A DNA stretch of 32,000 nt from Methylorubrum extorquens (GTDB taxonomy: Bacteria; Pseudomonadota; Alphaproteobacteria; Rhizobiales; Beijerinckiaceae), in NCBI GenBank assembly GCA_900234795.1, contig LT962688.1, forward strand, positions 5,310,001 to 5,342,000, given 5' to 3'. The notes under the pieces are model-generated. The model made no database searches. It saw only the letters and a program-made list of their open reading frames with translations, and was not told where the DNA came from. The position numbers and the translations under genes are program-made. Below are positions 24,071 through 32,000 of the stretch, piece after piece (position 1 is the stretch's first letter; each line of letters starts with the position of its first letter).

Positions 24071-25237
24071 TCACGCCGGCCCGGCATCGATCCGCATACG
24101 AAAGATCGCGTAGGGCGGCTCCTGCCGGTCGACGCCGCCGTTGTGTTCGGGGCGGCGGTTGGCCTGAGCGGATGACAGGTAGAGCCAGCCGTCCGCCGTG
24201 ATCCAGAACGTGTCCGGCCAGATCAGGCGCGGATCGGTGGCGATGACCTCGACTCGCCCGTCCGGATCGCGCCGACCGATGCCGTTGAATTCCTGCAGAC
24301 TGAGATAAATCCGGTCGCGCGAATCGGCGGCGAGCCCGCCGGTCAGGCCCTTCTCGCCGAGATCCGTCACCGTTTCCGCGACCGCCGCGTCGTCCTTTCC
24401 CGCATCGAGTAAGGCGGCGGTCTCGACCGCGTAGAGGCGCCGGCTCATCAGCGGCGTGTAGTACAGGCGTGCGCCATCCGGGCTCAGCGCGATGCCGTTG
24501 GCGCCGCCCTTGATCGGGCTCGTCGTACCGTCGGCCTCGCGCTTCAGCAGCACGCGGCCCTCGACGACCTTGAGGATGCCGGGCACCGATTGCGTGCTGG
24601 CATGGTCGGCGAGCCGCCGCACCGCGCGGCCGCTCGCGAGATCGACGGCGATCACCGCGCCCGCGCCGGTCTGGCCCTGGTCGGTGATGTAGGCCGCCTC
24701 GCGTCCCGGCCTCACATCGACCCGCAGGTCGTTGAGCGAGGAGGTCTTGGTCACGACCGATTGCAGCGGGATCGTGCGCAGGATCGCGTTCGTCGCCGGA
24801 TCGATACAGACGAGCTTGGCCGCGCCCGGCACCGGCTCGCCCGACGAGGCCATCAGCCCGGCATCGAGCAGCCAGAGGCGGCTCGATGCATCGAACACGC
24901 CGTTGGGGACGTGGAACAGCGTCTCGGCCGGGCGCGCCGGATCGGGCCGGTTCGCCGCCTTGCTGGGATAAGGCACGACCTGCCCGTCCGGAAACACCTC
25001 GCCCGCGGTAAACACCGTCTGCTCGTCGAAGCGGGGCATGAACAAGAACATCCGGCCGTCGGCGGACAGGGTCAGCCCGGTCGGCGTCGTCGGCGCCTGC
25101 GCGGCGACGACGCGTTCGAGGGCGCCGACCGGCGCGGTGGCCGCTTCGGCTTGGGCCGGCCGCGTCGCCATCGTCCGTGCGGCGGCCAATGCCGCGGTGC
25201 CGGCAAGAAGTGTGCGGCGTGCGAGGCGGATCGTCAT
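24071..25237 (-). CDS. Major royal jelly protein/yellow-family (MRJP-like) beta-propeller protein with a Tat-type signal
   Basis: The N-terminus MTIRLARRTLLAGTAALAAARTMA has a twin-arginine motif. MRJP-like blocks: VFDASSRLWLLDAG, AKLVCIDPATN, LNDLRVDVRPGREAAYITDQG...AVIAVDL, ANGIALSPDGARLYYTPL. Confidence 0.7.
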   Translation of the reverse strand: MTIRLARRTLLAGTAALAAARTMATRPAQAEAATAPVGALERVVAAQAPTTPTGLTLSADGRMFLFMPRFDEQTVFTAGEVFPDGQVVPYPSKAANRPDPARPAETLFHVPNGVFDASSRLWLLDAGLMASSGEPVPGAAKLVCIDPATNAILRTIPLQSVVTKTSSLNDLRVDVRPGREAAYITDQGQTGAGAVIAVDLASGRAVRRLADHASTQSVPGILKVVEGRVLLKREADGTTSPIKGGANGIALSPDGARLYYTPLMSRRLYAVETAALLDAGKDDAAVAETVTDLGEKGLTGGLAADSRDRIYLSLQEFNGIGRRDPDGRVEVIATDPRLIWPDTFWITADGWLYLSSAQANRRPEHNGGVDRQEPPYAIFRMRIDAGPA

Positions 25238-26220
25238 GGGCGGCTTCCCTCTGAGTCGATCGCGGCGCCACGCACCTTGGTCTCGATGGCGAGCACACGC
25301 TTCCCGGCGCAGAGGAAAAGCCGCCGCCCGTCCGGCCCGCCGAAAGCGATGTTGGCGCAGGGGCCCTCGGTCGGGATGTGTCCGACCGGGCGGCCGTCGG
25401 CCGACCAGATCCGCACGCCGTCACCCGTGCCGGCATAGACCCGTCCGTCGGTATCGACCTTCACGCCGTCCGGCACGCCCTTCGGGACGGTGGCGAAGAC
25501 GCGCTCGTTCGACAGCTGCCCGTCCGCGATGTCGAAGGCGCGGATCTCGCCCGTCGCCCCTTCGCGGGTGCCCGATTCGCAGATGTAGAGGACGCGCTCG
25601 TCGGGCGAGAAGGCGAGCCCGTTGGGCTGCACGAACCGGTCCGTGGCGACGGCGAGCGACCCGTCGGGGGCGAGGCGAAAGACGAAGCGGCCCTTCTGCT
25701 CGGACGGGCGCGGCACACCCTCCTCGGCCTGATCGATGCCGTAGGTGGGATCGCTGAACCAGATCGCGCCGTCGCGGGCCACCACGACGTCGTTGGGCGC
25801 ATTGAGCCGCCCGCCATCGTAACGGTCGGCCAGCACGGTGATGGCGCCGTCGGTCTCCCGCCGCACGACGCGCGAGGTGCGGTGCTCGCAGGTGACGAGG
25901 CGGCCTTGAGTATCGACGGTGTTGCCGTTCGAATTGTTGGAGGGCTTGCGAAACACCTCCGCGCGGCTGCCCTCGCGGATCAGCATCATCCGGTTGCGGC
26001 GCACGTCGCTGAAGATCAGGCCACCGAGGGACGGCGCCCAGACCGGTCCCTCGCACCACGCGCCCTCGTCATACAGCGTTTCCACGCGGGCCGAGGGGTC
26101 GAGCACCGCCGAGAGATCGTCGGCGGCCCGCGCTCTGGGGGTGAGCGCGCCGAGCAGGGCGAGTCCGAGGAGCGGGCGGCGGGCGATGCCGCAGCGGGGG
26201 GGCGAGGGCGATTCCGTCAT
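25234..26220 (-). CDS. SMP-30/gluconolactonase/LRE-like beta-propeller protein, probably exported
   Basis: ATG 26220 (MTESPSPPRCGIARRPLLGLALLGALTPRARA) has a signal-like N-terminus containing RR. SGL blocks: WCEGPVWAPSLGGLIFSDV, NGNTVDTQGRLVTCEH, NAPNDVVVARDGAIWFSDPTYG, PNGLAFSPDERVLYICES, PDGVKVDTDGRVY. The stop forms an ATGA overlap with the MRJP-like gene start, so the two are likely an operon. Confidence 0.8.
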   Translation of the reverse strand: MTESPSPPRCGIARRPLLGLALLGALTPRARAADDLSAVLDPSARVETLYDEGAWCEGPVWAPSLGGLIFSDVRRNRMMLIREGSRAEVFRKPSNNSNGNTVDTQGRLVTCEHRTSRVVRRETDGAITVLADRYDGGRLNAPNDVVVARDGAIWFSDPTYGIDQAEEGVPRPSEQKGRFVFRLAPDGSLAVATDRFVQPNGLAFSPDERVLYICESGTREGATGEIRAFDIADGQLSNERVFATVPKGVPDGVKVDTDGRVYAGTGDGVRIWSADGRPVGHIPTEGPCANIAFGGPDGRRLFLCAGKRVLAIETKVRGAAIDSEGSRP

Positions 26221-26354
26221 CGGGCCGGCAACGCATCGCCCCGGCGAAAGCTCCGCGCGATTGGCTTTAAGACTCCGGCAGGCCCGCCGCGCTACACTCC
26301 CTGCCGCAAGGCCGGTCCTCAACGTCCACGCGATCCGCTTCCAGCAGAGTCACC

Positions 26355-28280
26355 GTGCGCTACCCGCCCCACATTCTCGAAGAGATCCGCGCCCGCGTGC
26401 CCACCTCCGAGGTGGTCGGCCGGCGCGTGCGGCTGAAGAAGGCCGGCCGCGAATGGCGCGGCCTGTCGCCGTTCAATTCGGAGAAGACGCCCTCGTTCTA
26501 CGTGAACGACCAGAAGCAGTTCTACCACTGCTTCTCCTCCGGCAAGCACGGCGACATCTTCAAGTTCGTCATGGAAACGGAAGGCCTGAGCTTCCCCGAG
26601 GCGGTCGAGCGGCTGGCCGGCGAGGCCGGCGTCACCCTGCCGAAGATGACGGTTGAGAACGAGCAGGCCGAGGAGCGGCGCAAGGGCGCGCTCGAAGTCA
26701 TGGAACTGGCTGCCGCCTATTTCGAGGAGCAGTTGCGCGGGCAGGCCGGCGGGGAGGCGCGGGCCTATCTCGACCGGCGTGCCCTGGGCGAGGCGACGCG
26801 CAAGACGTTCCGGCTCGGCTATTCCCTGCCCGGTCGCTACGCCCTGCGCGATTTCCTCGCGAGCAAAGGGGTCGATCGCGACCTGATGCTGGAACTCGGG
26901 CTGCTCGCGGCGCCCGAGGGGGTGAACGTCCCCTACGACAAGTTCCGCGACCGGATCATGTTTCCGATCCTCGACATCCGCGGCCGGGTCGTCGCCTTCG
27001 GCGGCCGGGCGATGCAGGCGGAGGCCAAGGCGAAGTACATGAACTCGCCGGAGACGCCGCTCTTCCACAAGGGGCGGATGCTCTACAACCTCCACGCTGC
27101 CCGCAAGGCCGCGCACGATCGCAGCCGGATCGTCGCGGTGGAGGGCTATGTCGACGTCATCGCCATGACGCTGGCCGGCTACCCGGAGACGGTGGCGCCG
27201 CTCGGCACCGCGCTCACCGAGGATCAGCTCGCCCTGCTCTGGCGCCACGCCGACGAGCCGATCCTGTGCTTCGACGGCGACGGGGCGGGTCAGCGCGCCG
27301 CCTTCCGCGCGCTCGACGTGGCCCTGCCGATGCTGGAGCCCGGCAAATCCCTGCGCATCGCGATGCTGCCCCAGGGTCAGGATCCGGACGACCTGATGCG
27401 CTCCGGCGGTCCCTCGGCGATCGAGGCGGTGCTCTCGGCCGCGCGACCGCTGGTCGAGATGCTGTGGGCGCGCGAGGCCGAGGCGGCGACCCTCGAAACC
27501 CCGGAGCGCCGGGCCGGGCTCGCACGGACCCTGCGGGAAGCGGTGGCCGGCATTCGCGACGAGACCGTGCGCCGCTTCTACCGCGACGACATCGAGGGGC
27601 GCCTGCGGGGATTGTCCGGCGGGCCTGCCTCATTTTCCGGCGGACGCCCCGAGCGCGCAGCCGGTGGACGTCCGGCAGCCCCACGCGGCGCCCCATTCCA
27701 GCGCCGGCCGCGCCCCGGCGATCCGCCGCCGTCGCCCCGCATCACCACCGGCTTCAACCCGCTGCTGAAGACGGCCGCCCCCGTGCCGGCGGCGGGCGGG
27801 CGGGCGGCCAAGCGCGAGGCGATGATCGTCATGAGCCTGCTCGCGCATCCGGAACTGCTCGGGATCGAGGAGGAGGCGCTCGCGGCTCTCGAATTGGTCA
27901 ACCCGGATGCCCGCGCACTGCGCACCCTTCTGCTGGACCGGGCGGCGGAGGCCGGCACCCCGGAGGCCGAATTGATGGAGGCGCGGCTGCGTCGCGCGGG
28001 GCTCGAAGAGGCCCATGCCCGGCTGCTCGCCCTGGTCAGTTCCGGCGACCGCTGGACGCTCGATCCGAACGCCGATCCGCAGCGCCTCGAACAGACTCTG
28101 CATCAGGCCGTGATCTTGCACCGGCAGACGGGCGCGCTACATAGCGAACTTCACCAAGCTGAGAGAGCTCTTGCCGAGGACGGATCCGAGGCCAATTTCG
28201 CGTGGCTGTGTGACGTGCAGCAGCAATTGGCAGTGATCGCTGCGGCCGAGGCAGAAGCGGAGGTCTCTCATGAGGAATGA
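26355..28280 (+). CDS. dnaG: DNA primase DnaG
   Basis: GTG start. Zinc-finger region RGLSPFNSEKTPSFYVNDQKQFYHCFSSGKHGDIFKFVM. RNA polymerase domain FRDRIMFPILDIRGRVVAFGGR. TOPRIM motifs VEGYVDVIA and FDGDGAGQRA. Confidence 0.95.
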   Translation: MRYPPHILEEIRARVPTSEVVGRRVRLKKAGREWRGLSPFNSEKTPSFYVNDQKQFYHCFSSGKHGDIFKFVMETEGLSFPEAVERLAGEAGVTLPKMTVENEQAEERRKGALEVMELAAAYFEEQLRGQAGGEARAYLDRRALGEATRKTFRLGYSLPGRYALRDFLASKGVDRDLMLELGLLAAPEGVNVPYDKFRDRIMFPILDIRGRVVAFGGRAMQAEAKAKYMNSPETPLFHKGRMLYNLHAARKAAHDRSRIVAVEGYVDVIAMTLAGYPETVAPLGTALTEDQLALLWRHADEPILCFDGDGAGQRAAFRALDVALPMLEPGKSLRIAMLPQGQDPDDLMRSGGPSAIEAVLSAARPLVEMLWAREAEAATLETPERRAGLARTLREAVAGIRDETVRRFYRDDIEGRLRGLSGGPASFSGGRPERAAGGRPAAPRGAPFQRRPRPGDPPPSPRITTGFNPLLKTAAPVPAAGGRAAKREAMIVMSLLAHPELLGIEEEALAALELVNPDARALRTLLLDRAAEAGTPEAELMEARLRRAGLEEAHARLLALVSSGDRWTLDPNADPQRLEQTLHQAVILHRQTGALHSELHQAERALAEDGSEANFAWLCDVQQQLAVIAAAEAEAEVSHEE

Positions 28281-28481
28281 ATTCGCGCCGGCGTGACCCT
28301 AGGGTGACGGCGGCGGGGGGCCGACTTGGTTAACGGTCGGTCAACGCACGGCAAGTTAGAGCGGATGCAACGAGAATCGGCGCGGGCACTCGACAAGCGC
28401 GCCATTCCACGACATTGCGACGGGTCTTTCGCGGAGCGCGGGCTCAGCCTGCGGCGCCGCCACGAGAATAATAGGCTGAGC

Positions 28482-30482
<2,001 letters not shown>

Positions 30483-30496
30483 TCCGGACCTCGAAC

Positions 30497-30522
30497 CGGC
30501 CGCCCTTCGGGGCGGCCGTTTT
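30497..30522 (+). terminator. Rho-independent terminator downstream of rpoD
   Basis: CGGCCGCCC (30497-30505), TTCG tetraloop, GGGCGGCCG (30510-30518), then TTTTCGTTT. It lies between the convergent rpoD and MFS gene ends. Confidence 0.8.
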
Positions 30523-30526
30523 CGTT

Positions 30527-31870
30527 TCAGGCTCGGCGTCGAGGCACCGGTCGCCACGCGCGGCGGGCGAGCAGCGCGGCCAGGGTCCCGACTGCGCCGA
30601 CGGGGGCGTAGACGGCGAGGAGGGCGAGCCCGAGGCCGGCCTCCCCGAACAGGTGGTCGCTGAGAAGGCCGACCAGAAGCGGCCCGAGGCCGAACCCCGC
30701 CAGATTGACCGTTGCGAGGAACAGGGCGTTGACCCGGCCGCGCAGCCGTTGCGGGGTCAGAATCTGGATGCCGGCCAATCCGGGGGGACCGGTAAAGCCG
30801 AGCAGCGCGACGAGTCCGGCGAACCCGAGAAGCGAGAAGGACAGGTCGGGGCTCAAACTCGCGAACGCCGTCATCGGCACGGCCAGGATCAGCCCCAGCG
30901 CCAGAAGCAGCGGCGCGGCATCCGCGCGCCCGGCGCCGCGCAGCCGGTCCAGCACCAGCCCGCCGGCGAAATGGCCGAGCGGCGCGGCGATCAGCACAAG
31001 GAGGCCGAGGCGCAGGCCGCTCTCCGCCGGCGTGAGGCCGAAGGAGCGGACATAGAAGGTTGGCGCCCAGGCGGTGAGGGTCTGCGTCATGAGGACCGCG
31101 GCCGTCGCGGCGACGACGTGCGGAAGGTACGCCGTCCGCCGCCGCCCGATCCAGGCCAGGGCGCTGCGAAGCGACACCCCGGGCAGCCCGCGCGACGCCT
31201 GTGCCGAAGCGGCAGCCCGCGGTTGCGGCCGAATGCGCAGGACGAGGATCACGAGGACAAGGTTCGGCAGCGCCGCGAGGACGAGCAGGGCCTGCCAAGG
31301 GGCGAGCGGCTTAAGGCCGGGAAGGGTGAGCCCGCCCCGTGCCGTCAGCCATGCCAGCACGGCTCCGCCCGCGAGCAGGGCGAAGCTGCGGCCGAGCGTG
31401 GCCCCGGCGGTGAGCGCCGAGATGCCCCGGCCGAGGCGATCCCGGCGCAGATGCCGGGTCATCAGCGAGAGGGCGGCCGGGCCGAACCCCGCCTGACCCA
31501 CGCCAAGCGCGACGCGCGCCGCGAGAAGTGCCCCGAACCCGCTCGCGACGCCGCTGGCGAAGATCGCCGCACTCCATAACGAGAGCCCCGCCAGGAGAAG
31601 GCCGCGCTGGCGACCGCGATCGGCCACGATGCCGAGCAGCGGAAGGGTGAGCGCGTAGGGGAGGGCGAAGGCCGAACCTTGGAGCAGGCCGAGTTGGGTA
31701 TCGCTCAGGGCCAAAGCCTTCTTGAGCGGGGTGGCGACCAGCGTCAGGAGAAACCGGTCGCTGAAGGCCGCGAACTGGATCATCGCCAGCAAGGCGACGA
31801 GCGGCCAGCCTGCGAGGCCGGCGCGGGCGACGGCGGTGCCCGGCTGCGGGTTCGCGGTAGGGAATGACAT
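30527..31870 (-). CDS. MFS family transporter
   Basis: 447 aa with about 12 hydrophobic segments. The MFS loop 2-3 motif is present (LGIVADRGRQRGLLLAG). The substrate cannot be assigned. Confidence 0.85.
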   Translation of the reverse strand: MSFPTANPQPGTAVARAGLAGWPLVALLAMIQFAAFSDRFLLTLVATPLKKALALSDTQLGLLQGSAFALPYALTLPLLGIVADRGRQRGLLLAGLSLWSAAIFASGVASGFGALLAARVALGVGQAGFGPAALSLMTRHLRRDRLGRGISALTAGATLGRSFALLAGGAVLAWLTARGGLTLPGLKPLAPWQALLVLAALPNLVLVILVLRIRPQPRAAASAQASRGLPGVSLRSALAWIGRRRTAYLPHVVAATAAVLMTQTLTAWAPTFYVRSFGLTPAESGLRLGLLVLIAAPLGHFAGGLVLDRLRGAGRADAAPLLLALGLILAVPMTAFASLSPDLSFSLLGFAGLVALLGFTGPPGLAGIQILTPQRLRGRVNALFLATVNLAGFGLGPLLVGLLSDHLFGEAGLGLALLAVYAPVGAVGTLAALLARRAWRPVPRRRA

Positions 31871-31878
31871 TCGTGGGT

Positions 31879-32000
31879 TCAGGCGAGGGCGCGCGACCAG
31901 GCGGACATCAGGTTGGCGGCACTTTCGCCGGGCAGAGGCTGGCCGAGGGTGCCCGCGCGCGGGTGGCGCATCTCGGCGCGATAGCGGCCCGGCGGCAGGC
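31879..32000 (-). CDS. 3' end of an unidentified gene, truncated by the window edge
   Basis: The minus-strand frame is open from the window edge to TGA (31881-31879). High GC3 over about 40 codons (...RYRAEMRHPRAGTLGQPLPGESAANLMSAWSRALA). No motif recognised. Confidence 0.3.
   Translation of the reverse strand, partial: LPPGRYRAEMRHPRAGTLGQPLPGESAANLMSAWSRALA

Noticed and set aside
23955-25436. 493-aa minus-strand ORF that overlaps the MRJP-like gene in another frame
   Set aside because: It begins inside the SGL-like gene and ends inside the palindromic repeat. Its content is Arg/Pro-rich. The 24071..25237 frame has the recognisable MRJP blocks and a signal peptide.

Overview
High-GC (about 70%) alphaproteobacterial chromosome segment. 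The gene order points to Rhizobiales and looks Methylobacterium-like, but that placement is inference only. Positions 1-18.6 kb hold a dense flagellar and motility cluster. On the + strand: fliN, fliG, flhB, a small acidic ORF, and an FtcR/Rem-type OmpR-family regulator. On the - strand there are two gene runs: flgB-flgC-fliE-flgG-flgA-flgI-motE-flgH-fliL-fliP, and fliF-(fliH-like)-motB-motC-fliK-lytic transglycosylase. An 888-aa heparinase II/III-like protein is transcribed divergently from flgB. The rest of the window is a housekeeping block (carA, gatB/yqeY-domain gene, dnaG, rpoD). Within it sit a two-gene pair of predicted Tat-exported beta-propeller proteins (MRJP/yellow-like and SMP-30/gluconolactonase-like). 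An MFS transporter and a partial ORF close the window. The main non-routine observations are as follows. (1) The reading frames of fliG, flhB and motB each break at a short G/C homopolymer. (2) The heparinase-like ORF appears to hide a compensating pair of frameshifts at G6 and C8 runs, so about 81 codons are read in the wrong frame although the ORF stays open. (3) A roughly 110-bp nested-palindrome (REP/MITE-like) element occurs in two copies. (4) There are several structured intergenic elements and one small antitoxin-like remnant ORF. No rRNA, tRNA, CRISPR array, transposase or integrase was seen. I did not find a convincing new multi-gene system. The candidates worth follow-up are uncharacterised single genes or gene pairs, plus the question of whether the flagellar locus is decaying or simply carries homopolymer sequencing errors. 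All homology calls come from motif recognition by eye; no database search was possible.
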